A stretch of 64,000 bases of DNA from an uncultured Prevotella sp. (GTDB lineage Bacteria; Bacteroidota; Bacteroidia; Bacteroidales; Bacteroidaceae), in assembly GCA_963545855.1 (NCBI GenBank), contig CAUULA010000001.1, forward strand, positions 9,518 to 73,517. Reading direction: 5' to 3'. The position numbers were made by a program, and so were the translations under genes. The notes below the pieces were generated by a model. The model saw nothing but the letters and a program-made list of their open reading frames with translations, had not been told where the DNA came from and did not search any database. Shown here one piece after another: positions 1 to 10,180 of the stretch. Positions within the stretch are counted from its first letter, which is position 1. Each line of letters opens with the position of its first letter.

Positions 1-146
1 AGTGCTGGCTCATCGCTCCCTATTTTGTAAGCAACCATCCCCATAGGGCTGAAATCAAATTTAATGGCTAATCCGAGTAATTCGCCATAGAAATGCTTGG
101 CAGCCTCAAAGTCTGTTGCAGGAAAGAAATAGTTGTCAGTCTTCAT
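1..146 (-). CDS. VOC/glyoxalase family protein, N-terminal part (runs off the window start)
   Basis: Manual translation from ATG at 146: MKTDNYFFPATDFEAAKHFYGELLGLAIKFDFSPMGMVAYKIGSDEPA..., matching the VOC 'D.E.A..FY..LLGL' pattern; not in the ORF track. Confidence 0.75.
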   Translation of the reverse strand, partial: MKTDNYFFPATDFEAAKHFYGELLGLAIKFDFSPMGMVAYKIGSDEPA

Positions 147-191
147 ATAAAGCTTTTGATTAAGGAATTATATATCGGTTCGTTGTTTTTT

Positions 192-2345
192 TTATTGTTT
201 GGTTTGTTTCATCGTCAGGCTGATTCTCTTTCTCCTCTCGTCCACGGCAATGACCTTTACCCTTACATGCTGGTGGAGCTTTACCACTTCGTTGGGATCT
301 CTTACGAACTTGTCGGCAAGCTGGGAGACATGTACCAGTCCGTCTTGATGCACGCCGATGTCGACGAAAGCACCGAAGTTCGTGATGTTGGTGACGATGC
401 CCGGTAGCTCCATACCTGCCTCGAGGTCGTCAATCTCCTTGACCCTCGGGTCGAACTCGAAGGCCTCGATCTGCTGACGGGGATCTCGCCCGGGCTTTTC
501 CAGTTCTTTCCGGATGTCGATCAGAGTGGGCATTCCCACCTCTGCCGTGATATACCGCTCGAGCAGGATATTCTTCTGACGGCTCTTGTCGCCGATGAGT
601 TCCTTCACCGTGCATTGCTGGTCTTTGGCCATCTGCTCTACGATGTCGTAGCTTTCAGGATGCACGGCACTGTTGTCCAGTGGGTTGTCGGCATCCGGAA
701 TGCGAAGAAAACCGGCGCATTGCAGGAACGCCGAGGCACCCAGTCGTGGCACTTTCCTGAGCTGCGCACGGCTGCTGAACGGTCCGTTCTCGGTGCGGTA
801 GTCCACGATACTCTTCGCCAGGGCCGGTCCGAGACCGCTGATGTACATTAATAAATAGGTGCTTGCCGTGTTCAGGTTTATTCCCACGAGGTTTACGCAG
901 CTCTCCACGGTCAGGTCGAGAGAGTGCTTCAGCTTGGCCTGATCTACATCGTGCTGATACTGTCCCACACCGATATTCTTCGGATCTATCTTTACCAGTT
1001 CCGACAAGGGGTCCATCAGTCGCCTCCCGATGGAGACGGCACCCCGCACGGTAACATCCTCATCGGGGAATTCCTCTCGTGCAAGCTTTGACGCGGAGTA
1101 GATGGAGGCCCCGTCCTCGCTGACTACGAAGACCTGCGGCTTGCCTTGCTGCAGTGCTCCGATTTCGTCGACTACCTCCTTGACAAACGCCTGCGATTCT
1201 CTCGACGCCGTTCCGTTGCCGATGGCTACGGCCTCTATGCGGAAATCTTTTATCATCCGCATCATGGCAATCGTCGACTGGGCATAGAACCGCTTGGGCG
1301 GATGAGGATAGATGATCTCATGGTGCAGGAGGTCTCCTTGCTCGTCGAGGCAGGCTATCTTGCATCCGTTGGCATACCCGGGGTCGAACGCCATCACGCG
1401 CTTCTGGCCCAACGGCGCAGCCAACAGCAATTGTCGTAGATTTTCAGAGAAGACCTTGATGGCGTCTTCGTCGGCTTTCTCTTTGCTTGAGGCGGCAAAC
1501 TCGTTCTCTATGGACGGCTTCAGAAGCCGCTTGTAGGCATCTTCCACGGAGGTAGAGAGGATGTCTTGTAATTCTCCATACCCGTGGACATAGTGCCGTT
1601 TGAGCTTATCGATGCATCTGTCTTCGTCCACGGAGATGCTTACACGCAAGATTCCTTCGCTCTCACCACGGCGCATGGCCAACAGACGATGTGAAGAACA
1701 CCGGCGAAGAGGCTCTGAAAAGTCAAAATAGTCGGAATATTTCGCAGCCTCGTCGCTGTCCTGCTTTGCCTTGACAGCCTTGGATGAGATGACCGCAAAC
1801 CGCTGGAACTCGCTTCTGACCACATTTCTCGTGCCCTCGTTCTCGCTTATCAGCTCCGCAATGATGTCCATGGCTCCATTCACGGCAGCCTCTTCGCCCG
1901 TCTGGACAATAAGGGCGGAAAGGACGGGAGGTGCCTGCCGGAGCGTTCCTCGCTGTTGCAGGATGTATTGTGCCAGAGGTTCGAGTCCTTTCTCACGAGC
2001 CACCTGCGCTCTCGTGCGCCGTTTCGGGCGATAGGGGAGGTAGATGTCTTCCAGCTCCGTGGCTCTCCAGCATTCTTCTATCCGCAGTTGCAGTTCCGTC
2101 GTCATCTTTCCCTGATTGGTGATGGTCTTGACAATTGTCTCCTTCCGTCTCGTCAATTCCTTGAGGCGGTCGTTCCAGTCGCTTATCTGCGTAATCGCTA
2201 TTTCATTAAGTCCTCCTGTCCGTTCCTTGCGATAGCGGGCAATGAAAGGGATGGTGGCACCCTCGTCGAGTAGTCTCAGCGTATTCTTCACCGCTTCCTC
2301 TCGAAGGTTTAAGGCATTGGCTATGATTCTGATATATGCGTCCAT
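192..2345 (-). CDS. tex: Tex family RNA-binding transcriptional accessory protein
   Basis: GATIPFIARYRKE N-terminus, YqgF-like DPG/AIGNGTASRE motifs, HhH motifs, C-terminal S1 domain (FGAFVDIGVHQDGLVHVS). Confidence 0.95.
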   Translation of the reverse strand: MDAYIRIIANALNLREEAVKNTLRLLDEGATIPFIARYRKERTGGLNEIAITQISDWNDRLKELTRRKETIVKTITNQGKMTTELQLRIEECWRATELEDIYLPYRPKRRTRAQVAREKGLEPLAQYILQQRGTLRQAPPVLSALIVQTGEEAAVNGAMDIIAELISENEGTRNVVRSEFQRFAVISSKAVKAKQDSDEAAKYSDYFDFSEPLRRCSSHRLLAMRRGESEGILRVSISVDEDRCIDKLKRHYVHGYGELQDILSTSVEDAYKRLLKPSIENEFAASSKEKADEDAIKVFSENLRQLLLAAPLGQKRVMAFDPGYANGCKIACLDEQGDLLHHEIIYPHPPKRFYAQSTIAMMRMIKDFRIEAVAIGNGTASRESQAFVKEVVDEIGALQQGKPQVFVVSEDGASIYSASKLAREEFPDEDVTVRGAVSIGRRLMDPLSELVKIDPKNIGVGQYQHDVDQAKLKHSLDLTVESCVNLVGINLNTASTYLLMYISGLGPALAKSIVDYRTENGPFSSRAQLRKVPRLGASAFLQCAGFLRIPDADNPLDNSAVHPESYDIVEQMAKDQQCTVKELIGDKSRQKNILLERYITAEVGMPTLIDIRKELEKPGRDPRQQIEAFEFDPRVKEIDDLEAGMELPGIVTNITNFGAFVDIGVHQDGLVHVSQLADKFVRDPNEVVKLHQHVRVKVIAVDERRKRISLTMKQTKQ

Positions 2346-2365
2346 AATTCTTTAAATTGCCTCCA

Positions 2366-2425
2366 CAAAAATAAGTATTTTCTGCTGGAATGCCAACTTA
2401 AATTCAACTATTTTTCGTAACTTTG
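2366..2425. promoter_or_regulatory. Divergent Bacteroidetes sigma-A -7 elements for tex (minus, 2366-2373) and the ABC-F operon (plus, 2418-2425)
   Basis: TATTTTTG on minus and TAACTTTG on plus match TAnnTTTG, each a short distance upstream of a start codon. Confidence 0.65.
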
Positions 2426-2446
2426 TAGCATAATTACAGTAAAAGG

Positions 2447-4390
2447 ATGATTTCAGTAGAAGACCTTACGGTGGAGTTTTCCGCAAAACCTTTGTTCGAG
2501 AGCGTGAGTTTCGTGGTCAACGACCGCGACCGCATAGCTCTCGTGGGCAAGAACGGAGCGGGGAAATCCACCTTGCTCAAGATACTTTGCGGGCTTCAAC
2601 AGCCAACGAGGGGTGCCGTTTCGGTGCCTAACGGGCAGACCATAGGCTATCTGCCACAAGTGATGAAGCTCTCTGATGATACCACGGTGCTCGAAGAAAC
2701 GCGTAAGGCATTTGCCGAGACCGTGAAGATGAAGGAGGCCCTTGTCCGCCTTCAACAGCAAATGGACGACCGCACCGACTATGAAAGCGAAGACTATCTG
2801 GCTCTTGTGGAACGCTTTACCCAGCAGCACGATCACTATCTGCTCATGGGAGGAGACAATTATCAGGGCGAGATGGAACGCACGCTCACGGGATTAGGCT
2901 TTCTTCAGACAGACTTAGATCGGCCTACAAGGGAGTTTTCAGGAGGTTGGCGCATGCGTATAGAGCTTGCGAAGATATTGCTGCGGCGACCTGATGTGCT
3001 CCTTCTGGACGAGCCCACCAACCATCTTGACATCGAGAGCATCCAGTGGCTGGAGCAGTTTCTCGCCCAGGCATCCTGTGCCGTGGTGCTGGTGAGCCAC
3101 GATCGTGCCTTCATCAATAATGTAACGAACCGCACGCTGGAGATAACCTGCGGCCATATAGAGGACTACAAGGTGAAGTATGACGAGTATGTCGTCTTGC
3201 GCAAGGAGCGCCGCGAGCAACAGTTACGGGCCTACGAGAACCAGCAGAAGGAAATAGCCGACACCAAGGCATTCATCGAGCGCTTCCGCTATCAGGCCAC
3301 TAAGGCCGTACAGGTGCAGCAGCGCATCCGACAATTGGATAAGATCGTGCCGATAGAGGTGGACGAAGTCGACAATTCGACCATGCATCTGAAGTTCCCG
3401 CCTTGCCTTCGTTCGGGTGATTATCCCGTCATTTGTGATGATGTTCGTAAGGATTATGGTGAGCATACCGTGTTCGAGCATGTAACCTTTACGATAAAGC
3501 GTGGCGAGAAAGTGGCTTTCGTGGGTAAGAACGGCGAGGGAAAGTCTACGCTCATGAAGTGTATGATGGGTGAGATTCCCTTCAGCGGTGAGCTGAAGAT
3601 CGGTCATAATGTGCAGATTGGGTATTTTGCGCAAAATCAGGCGCAGTTGCTCGACGAGAGCGTGAGCGTCTATGACACCATCGACCGGGTGGCTACGGGC
3701 GACATGCGCCTCAAGATCAACGACCTGCTCGGGGCTTTCATGTTCGGCGGGGAGGCGTCCGAGAAGAAGGTGAAGGTGTTGAGCGGAGGCGAGCGGAGCC
3801 GTCTGGCGATGATCCGTCTGCTCTTGGAGCCTGTCAACCTACTCATTTTGGACGAGCCCACCAATCACCTCGACATGCCGTCGAAGGATGTGCTGAAGGA
3901 GGCCATCAGGGCTTTCGACGGCACAGCTATCATCGTGAGCCATGACCGCGACTTCCTTGACGGGCTTGTAACAAAGGTGTTTGAATTTGCCGATGGCAAG
4001 GTGAGGGAACACATCGGGGGCATCTACGAGTATCTGCTGGCCCATCATGCCGAGACGATTCATGAGGCTCTCGAAGGTCAGTCGCTGCCGCCCCAGCCCC
4101 CTGCAGCCCGGGAAAGCGTGCCCTCAGAGAATAAAATGTCGTATCTGGAGCATAAGGAGCAGCGGAAGAAGCTTCGCAGGGTTCAGAAGGCCGTGGACGA
4201 AAGTGAACGAAAGATAGCGAAGATGGAGGTGCGCATAGCCGAGCTCGACCGGTTGTTTCTGCAGCCGTCGAATGCCTCTAACATGGAATTGGTAACGGAA
4301 TACACCTCTACACGACAGGCTCTTGACGCGGAAAACGAGCGATGGATGCGGCTCTCGGAGGAGCTGGAGACACTGCAGAATGAAAACTAA
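2447..4390 (+). CDS. ABC-F family ATPase (ribosome-associated)
   Basis: Two ABC cassettes (GKNGAGKS/FSGGW/LLLDEPTNHLD and GKNGEGKS/LSGGE/LILDEPTNHLD), no TM segments, C-terminal coiled coil. Confidence 0.93.
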   Translation: MISVEDLTVEFSAKPLFESVSFVVNDRDRIALVGKNGAGKSTLLKILCGLQQPTRGAVSVPNGQTIGYLPQVMKLSDDTTVLEETRKAFAETVKMKEALVRLQQQMDDRTDYESEDYLALVERFTQQHDHYLLMGGDNYQGEMERTLTGLGFLQTDLDRPTREFSGGWRMRIELAKILLRRPDVLLLDEPTNHLDIESIQWLEQFLAQASCAVVLVSHDRAFINNVTNRTLEITCGHIEDYKVKYDEYVVLRKERREQQLRAYENQQKEIADTKAFIERFRYQATKAVQVQQRIRQLDKIVPIEVDEVDNSTMHLKFPPCLRSGDYPVICDDVRKDYGEHTVFEHVTFTIKRGEKVAFVGKNGEGKSTLMKCMMGEIPFSGELKIGHNVQIGYFAQNQAQLLDESVSVYDTIDRVATGDMRLKINDLLGAFMFGGEASEKKVKVLSGGERSRLAMIRLLLEPVNLLILDEPTNHLDMPSKDVLKEAIRAFDGTAIIVSHDRDFLDGLVTKVFEFADGKVREHIGGIYEYLLAHHAETIHEALEGQSLPPQPPAARESVPSENKMSYLEHKEQRKKLRRVQKAVDESERKIAKMEVRIAELDRLFLQPSNASNMELVTEYTSTRQALDAENERWMRLSEELETLQNEN

Positions 4391-4429
4391 AAAGAGAAAA
4401 TAGTCAAACATATAAAACAATCAGGTAAA

Positions 4430-6463
4430 ATGAAAATGAAACAAATCCTTTCGGTTGCTATGTTCGCATCGGTTCCCTTGATGGGAATGGGCCAGAACAA
4501 ATCGGGTCTTGTCATGAAGAATCTCGACAAGACGGTGAAGCCAACAGAAGATTTCTATCGGTTCGCAACGGGTGGCTGGCAGAAGAACAACCCGCTTCCG
4601 GCCGCCTACAGTCGGTTTGGGAGCTTCGACCAGCTACAGGAGGACAACAACAAACGCATCAACATCATCCTCTCCCAGCTGCAGAAAAAGAAGTTCGAGC
4701 AGGGCTCTACGGAACAGAAACTCTCTGATTTCTACAAGCTGGCCTTGAATGTGAGTCGTCGGAATGCCGAGGGAATTGCTCCGGTTAAGCCGTTGCTAAG
4801 CGAGATAGAACAGGCTCACGGCATCGACGCACTCCGCAAGTTGCAGCTCAAATATGCCGACCGTGGCTATGGAGTTCAGTTCGGTTCCTACTTCGCGGCA
4901 GATGAAAAGAATGTCAAGATGAACATCCTCTGCATCAGCCAGAGCGGCCTGACGCTCGGCCAGAAGGACTATTACCTGAACAACGATGCTGCCACGAAGG
5001 CCATCCGCGACGCTTACAAGAAGCACATCGCACGCATGTTCAGGCTCTACGGCTTCACCGAAGCCGAGGCAGAGAAGCGCAGCGAGGCCATCTTCAGGCA
5101 GGAGACGCTGGTGGCCCTTATATCCAAGAGCATGACGGAGCTTCGCGACCCCCTGGCCAATTACAATAAGATGACCCTGAAGGAGTTTGAGGCCAGTTAT
5201 CCGAACATCCCTCTCGCGGCCCTGGCACAGGCGGAAGGCGTTAAGACGGATTTCATTCAGGAGATGGTGGTAGGCCAGCCTTCGTTCATGCAGGGGCTGG
5301 ACAAGCTCATCGAGATGCAGACAGCCGATGATATCAAGGCTCTCATGGAGTGGGACATTATACAAGGTTCGGCAAGCTATCTCACCGATGAAATCCGTGA
5401 GGCCAACTTCGATTTCTTCGGCAAGACGATGAGTGGTCGCAAGGAAGACTATCCTCTCTGGAAGCGCGCGACGAATCAAGTAGAGAGCGCGATGGGCGAA
5501 GCTTTGGGCAAGATGTATTGTGAGAAGTACTTCCCGGAGACCTCTAAAAAGATTATGGAACAGCTCGTGGCCAATCTCCAGGTCAGCCTTGGGCAGCGCA
5601 TTGACGCCCAGACCTGGATGAGCGAGGCCACAAAGGCCAATGCTCACAAGAAGCTCGACAGGTTCTATGTGAAGATAGGATACCCCAACAAGTGGACTGA
5701 TTACAGCAAGCTTGACATCGATCCGCAGAAGAGTTTCTATGAGAATGTGATGGCCTGCCGCAAGTTTGCCCATGACAAACACATTGCCGACAGGGCTGGC
5801 AAGCCGGTGGACAGAGACGAGTGGCTGATGAATCCGCAGACCGTGAACGCCTATTACAATCCCACGACCAATGAAATCTGCTTCCCGGCAGGCATTCTTC
5901 AGTATCCGTTCTTCGACCCGAAGGCCGACGAAGCCTTCAACTATGGTGCCATCGGCGTGGTGATAGGCCATGAGATGACCCACGGATTCGACGACCAAGG
6001 CCGCCAGTATGACGCCGACGGCAACCTGAAGGACTGGTGGACGGCAGAAGACGCGGAAGGTTTCAAGCAGCGTGCCGACCTGTATGCCGACTTTTTCAGT
6101 AACATCAAGGTGCTTCCTGACCTGAATGCCAACGGCCGTTTCACGCTGGGCGAGAATCTTGCCGACCACGGAGGGCTGCAGGTTTCGTTCAATGCCTATA
6201 AGAACGCGACCGCCGAGAAGCCGCTCAAGGTGAAGGACGGATTTACCGCCGACCAGCGTTTCTTCCTCGCTTATGCCGGCGTGTGGGGACAGAACATCAC
6301 CGAGAAGGAAATCCGCAACCGTGTAAAGCGTGATCCGCACGCCCTTGGCGAGTGGCGTGTGAACGGTGCGCTACCTCACATCGATGCTTGGTATGAGGCT
6401 TTCGGTGTCAAGGCGGGCGACAAGATGTTCATTCCGGAGTCGGAGCGGCTGCAGTTATGGTAA
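4430..6463 (+). CDS. pepO: M13 family metalloendopeptidase (PepO-like), secreted
   Basis: VNAYY, HEMTH zinc motif, GENLAD; N-terminal signal peptide. Confidence 0.92.
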   Translation: MKMKQILSVAMFASVPLMGMGQNKSGLVMKNLDKTVKPTEDFYRFATGGWQKNNPLPAAYSRFGSFDQLQEDNNKRINIILSQLQKKKFEQGSTEQKLSDFYKLALNVSRRNAEGIAPVKPLLSEIEQAHGIDALRKLQLKYADRGYGVQFGSYFAADEKNVKMNILCISQSGLTLGQKDYYLNNDAATKAIRDAYKKHIARMFRLYGFTEAEAEKRSEAIFRQETLVALISKSMTELRDPLANYNKMTLKEFEASYPNIPLAALAQAEGVKTDFIQEMVVGQPSFMQGLDKLIEMQTADDIKALMEWDIIQGSASYLTDEIREANFDFFGKTMSGRKEDYPLWKRATNQVESAMGEALGKMYCEKYFPETSKKIMEQLVANLQVSLGQRIDAQTWMSEATKANAHKKLDRFYVKIGYPNKWTDYSKLDIDPQKSFYENVMACRKFAHDKHIADRAGKPVDRDEWLMNPQTVNAYYNPTTNEICFPAGILQYPFFDPKADEAFNYGAIGVVIGHEMTHGFDDQGRQYDADGNLKDWWTAEDAEGFKQRADLYADFFSNIKVLPDLNANGRFTLGENLADHGGLQVSFNAYKNATAEKPLKVKDGFTADQRFFLAYAGVWGQNITEKEIRNRVKRDPHALGEWRVNGALPHIDAWYEAFGVKAGDKMFIPESERLQLW

Positions 6464-7272
6464 GCCGTGTGCGGCCAGTCCGGATAGCCGTTCTCAACCT
6501 GATGCCTTTCAAGGAGGTAACGGAGGCCGACTTTCTGCGGCTGCTCAAGGGGGTGTCTACTCCCGTGGAGGTGGCATGGATGCGGCTTCGCACCCATGTC
6601 TCGAAGCACACTTCGGCAGTTTATATGGAATCGCGTTACCGCTATTTCGATGAGTTACGCCAAGAACGCTTCGATGGTTTCATCGTAACGGGAGCCCCTG
6701 TGGAACTCATCGACTTCGAGGAGGTGGACTATTGGGAGGAGCTGCGGCAAATCTTCGACTGGGCCCATGCCAGTGTCAGGAGCACGCTTTACATCTGCTG
6801 GGGAGCCCAGGCCGGGCTCTACCATTTTTTCGGCGTGCCCAAGTATGCGCTCCCCAGAAAGGTGTTCGGCGTCTTCGGGCAGCATGTTCTTTCCGCCGCT
6901 CCGCTCCTCAAGGGCTTTCCCAAGGAGTTTCCGATGCCCCACAGTCGGCATACGGAGATACGGCGCGGCGACCTTGAGCGGCATGCCGACTTGGAAATCC
7001 TTGCCGAATCGCCGATAAGCGGGGTGAGCATGGCGATGACGGCGGATGCCCGTGAGGTCTTTATCACCGGTCATCTGGAGTATGAGCCTTACACGCTCGA
7101 CAACGAATATCGCCGCGACCTCGGCAAGCGCGACGATGTAGACTTACCGAAAAACTATTATGAGGCCGACGACCCCTCGCGCAAGCCTGTCGACAGTTGG
7201 CACGAGTGGGCGTTGAGGCTTTATGAAAACTGGACTTCCCTTTATCTCGTAAAGGAACGACAGGATGCGTGA
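6457..7272 (+). CDS. metA: Homoserine O-acyltransferase MetA family (probably acetyltransferase), N-terminally short
   Basis: LNLMP, TGAPVE, catalytic ICWGAQA, PHSR, GHLEY motifs. Confidence 0.9.
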   Translation: MVSRVRPVRIAVLNLMPFKEVTEADFLRLLKGVSTPVEVAWMRLRTHVSKHTSAVYMESRYRYFDELRQERFDGFIVTGAPVELIDFEEVDYWEELRQIFDWAHASVRSTLYICWGAQAGLYHFFGVPKYALPRKVFGVFGQHVLSAAPLLKGFPKEFPMPHSRHTEIRRGDLERHADLEILAESPISGVSMAMTADAREVFITGHLEYEPYTLDNEYRRDLGKRDDVDLPKNYYEADDPSRKPVDSWHEWALRLYENWTSLYLVKERQDA

Positions 7273-9106
7273 ACTTGAGCTTTTGGCTCCCGCCAAGAAT
7301 CTGGAATGCGGCCTTGCGGCCATCGACCATGGTGCAGACGCCGTCTACATCGGTGCCCAGCGCTTCGGTGCGAGGGCTGCGGCAGGCAACTCCATGGAGG
7401 ACATCGGCCGTCTCTGCGACTATGCCCATCGGTTCGGGGCGAAAGTATTCGTTACTTGTAACACGATTACATACAACGAGGAACTCGATTACATGCAGCG
7501 TGTAATCGACCAATTAGCCGCTATCGGCACCGACGCTCTTCTCGTTCAGGACATGTCTACGCTGTCTATGGCGCACGACATGGCCCTTCACGCCAGCACG
7601 CAGTGCGACATCCGCACGGCGGAGAAGGTGCGCTGGCTGCGCGGTCTGGGCTTTGCCCGGGCCGTGCTGGCCCGTGAGCTCTCCGTCGACGAGATCCGTG
7701 CCGTCCATGAGGCGGTGCCCGATATGGAACTGGAGGTATTTGTCCATGGTGCCCTCTGCGTGAGTTATTCGGGTGTCTGCTATGCTTCGCAGCATTGTTT
7801 CGGGCGCAGCGCCAACCGTGGCGAGTGCGCCCAGTTCTGTCGGTTGAGGTTCAACCTGATGGATGCCGGCGGTCGTGAGATAGAGCATCAGCGCCACTTG
7901 TTGTCGCTGAAGGATATGTGCCGGATCGATCATCTCGAGGAACTGGCCGAGGCCGGGGCGTCTTCGTTCAAGATAGAAGGCCGCCTGAAGGATGTGGCTT
8001 ATGTGAAGAATGTGGTCTCGGCCTATTCGCAACGCTTGGATGACCTCATCCGCCGTCATCCCGATAAATATCGCCGGGCTTCGCTGGGGCGGGTGGAATA
8101 TCATTTCACGCCCAACCTTGCGAAGACTTTCAACCGTGGCTATACCACCTATTTCCTGAAAGGACGGCAGCCGGATATCGCCAGTTTTGATACTCCCAAG
8201 GCTCTCGGCGAGTATGTGGGCAAGGTGAAGGAATTGCGCGGCAACTCTTTCACTGTGGCCGGAACGGCCTCCTTTGCCAACGGCGACGGCCTCTGTTTCC
8301 TCAATGACGAGCATGAGTTGGAGGGCTTCCGCGTGAACCGGGCGGAGGGCAACCGCCTCTTCCCCTTGCGTATGCCGCCCCGTTTGCGTCCGGGCCTTGC
8401 TCTCTATCGCAACAACAACGAGGCTTTCGAGAAGATTCTGTCCGGTCTTACGGCGGAACGGCGCATCCCCGTGGTCATGGAATATGGCCTTACGGCTGAC
8501 GGATTCCGGCTCCGGATAGGGTCGAAAGACGGTCTTCTGAAAGGCGAAAGCCGGGTGGAAGCCGACCACCGGGAAGCCCGGAGTCCGCAGTCCGACAATC
8601 TTCGGCGGCAGCTTTCGAAGCTGGGCAATACCCCCTATGTGTGCGGGGAGCTGAAAATAGAGGATGGTGCCGATGCCTTTTTCATTCCCTCGAGCCTGCT
8701 CTCCGGGCTTCGCCGCAGGTGTGTGGAGAGCGTGGAGATCAGCCGGCAACCGTTCTCCGGGAGCAGGAAGGAGGCCGTGAGCCCTCTTGTTCCCGAGGTC
8801 GGGTGGCAGCCGGAGTATAAGGCTTATCCCTATTTATATAATATCTCCAACCAAGTGGCCGTTAAATTCTATGAGGAGCACGGCCTGGCGCATCCTCGTG
8901 AGGCTTTCGAGGTAAAGCCTTCGGCGCGTCCGCTCATCATGCAGTGCCGTCATTGCCTGCGCTATTCACTGGGTTATTGCGTGAGGCGGGGTGGTCGCAA
9001 GCCCTCTTGGCGCGAGCCTCTTACCCTGCAGTTGCCCGACGGACGCCGGTTTCTCCTTGAGTTTAAGTGTAACGAATGTCAGATGAATATCTATGCAGAA
9101 AAGTAA
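7265..9106 (+). CDS. Peptidase U32 family protein, RlhA-like rRNA hydroxylation factor
   Basis: ELLAPA, GADAVY, HASTQ, CVSYSGVC, RGECAQFCR, KIEGR motifs; long C-terminal extension. Confidence 0.85.
   Translation: MRELELLAPAKNLECGLAAIDHGADAVYIGAQRFGARAAAGNSMEDIGRLCDYAHRFGAKVFVTCNTITYNEELDYMQRVIDQLAAIGTDALLVQDMSTLSMAHDMALHASTQCDIRTAEKVRWLRGLGFARAVLARELSVDEIRAVHEAVPDMELEVFVHGALCVSYSGVCYASQHCFGRSANRGECAQFCRLRFNLMDAGGREIEHQRHLLSLKDMCRIDHLEELAEAGASSFKIEGRLKDVAYVKNVVSAYSQRLDDLIRRHPDKYRRASLGRVEYHFTPNLAKTFNRGYTTYFLKGRQPDIASFDTPKALGEYVGKVKELRGNSFTVAGTASFANGDGLCFLNDEHELEGFRVNRAEGNRLFPLRMPPRLRPGLALYRNNNEAFEKILSGLTAERRIPVVMEYGLTADGFRLRIGSKDGLLKGESRVEADHREARSPQSDNLRRQLSKLGNTPYVCGELKIEDGADAFFIPSSLLSGLRRRCVESVEISRQPFSGSRKEAVSPLVPEVGWQPEYKAYPYLYNISNQVAVKFYEEHGLAHPREAFEVKPSARPLIMQCRHCLRYSLGYCVRRGGRKPSWREPLTLQLPDGRRFLLEFKCNECQMNIYAEK
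7457..7505. repeat. 22-bp-period palindromic array (family A), degenerate copy inside the U32 CDS
   Basis: TGTAA-CACGA-TTACA-TACAACG-AGGAA-CTCGA-TTACA-TGCAGCG-TGTAA; 38/49 identity to 55628-55676 by manual alignment. Confidence 0.75.
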
Positions 9107-10103
9107 ATCCATGGTCCGGCAGTTCCTTCTGTTGCTGCTGACGGCGCTTACGCTGGCGTCGTGCTACCATCGCAGTCCCACCACATCCGATGCGCTTCCC
9201 GTGCCATATAGTGCCGAACAGCTCGATTCCATTTCGTTCTATTCCCGCCATCACTATTCCGAGAACTTCAACTTCGTGGTGAGGGCCGACTCTCTCGTCC
9301 TGCTTCGTCAGCAACCCGAGGAGGCTTTCAGCGAGCTGCTTACCACCGACTCGCTTACCGTGCGCCGCCACGACCGGCTCGTGGTGGCGGATATCCGCAT
9401 GCTGCCCACGGATTCCATCGATTCTGTCTGGGTGCAAGTGGCACGCGACCAGCATACGATAGGGTGGGTGCACGAGTCTGACCTCCTCCCTGCCGTCGAC
9501 CCCGACGACCCTATCTCGCAGTTCATCTCCACCTTCTCCGATGTCCATTTGCTGATATTCCTCATCATTATCGTTGCTATCGGATTCGTCTATCTGATGC
9601 GGAAGATGCTCAGGAGCAATGCCCGCATCGTGCATTTCAACGACATCGACTCGTTCTATCCCACGCTCCTCACGCTCCTCGTGGCCTCGGCGGCCACTTT
9701 CTATGCCAGCATCCAGACCTTTGCCCCTGATGTGTGGCGCCACTTCTATTTCCATCCTACGCTCAATCCCTTTGCCACTCCGCCCATCCTCTCGGTCTTT
9801 CTCATATCGATATGGGCGATATTGATCGTGGGGCTGGCCGCCGTCGACGATGTCCGCCATCAGTTGCCGTTAGGCGAGGCCGTGGTATATCTGTGCGGAC
9901 TGGCTGCCGTCTGTGCCGTCGACTATATCATTTTCAGCCTCACCACGCTCTATTTCGTAGGCTATCTCCTTCTGGGAGCGTATGTTTATTTTGCCTTGCG
10001 GCAATACTTTCGGCACAACAGAGCCGGTTTCATCTGCGGGAATTGCGGTGCTAAGCTCCACCATAAGGGGCGCTGCCCCCATTGCGGAGCGGAAAACCTG
10101 TAG
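9093..10103 (+). CDS. Lipoprotein-signal, multi-pass membrane protein with C-terminal zinc ribbon
   Basis: LLLLLTALTLASC lipobox (start may be 9111), several hydrophobic helices, CGNC...CPHC at the C-terminus. Confidence 0.8.
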   Translation: MQKSKSMVRQFLLLLLTALTLASCYHRSPTTSDALPVPYSAEQLDSISFYSRHHYSENFNFVVRADSLVLLRQQPEEAFSELLTTDSLTVRRHDRLVVADIRMLPTDSIDSVWVQVARDQHTIGWVHESDLLPAVDPDDPISQFISTFSDVHLLIFLIIIVAIGFVYLMRKMLRSNARIVHFNDIDSFYPTLLTLLVASAATFYASIQTFAPDVWRHFYFHPTLNPFATPPILSVFLISIWAILIVGLAAVDDVRHQLPLGEAVVYLCGLAAVCAVDYIIFSLTTLYFVGYLLLGAYVYFALRQYFRHNRAGFICGNCGAKLHHKGRCPHCGAENL

Positions 10104-10158
10104 GCGTCTGGTCTCAATTTCCCCACAAATAGGGATAGGCCGTAATGCCGAAATCTCG

Positions 10159-10166
10159 TAACTTTG
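10159..10166 (+). promoter_or_regulatory. -7 promoter element for the TonB receptor
   Basis: TAACTTTG about 15 nt upstream of ATG 10181. Confidence 0.6.
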
Positions 10167-10180
10167 CACCTCGTAAGGTT

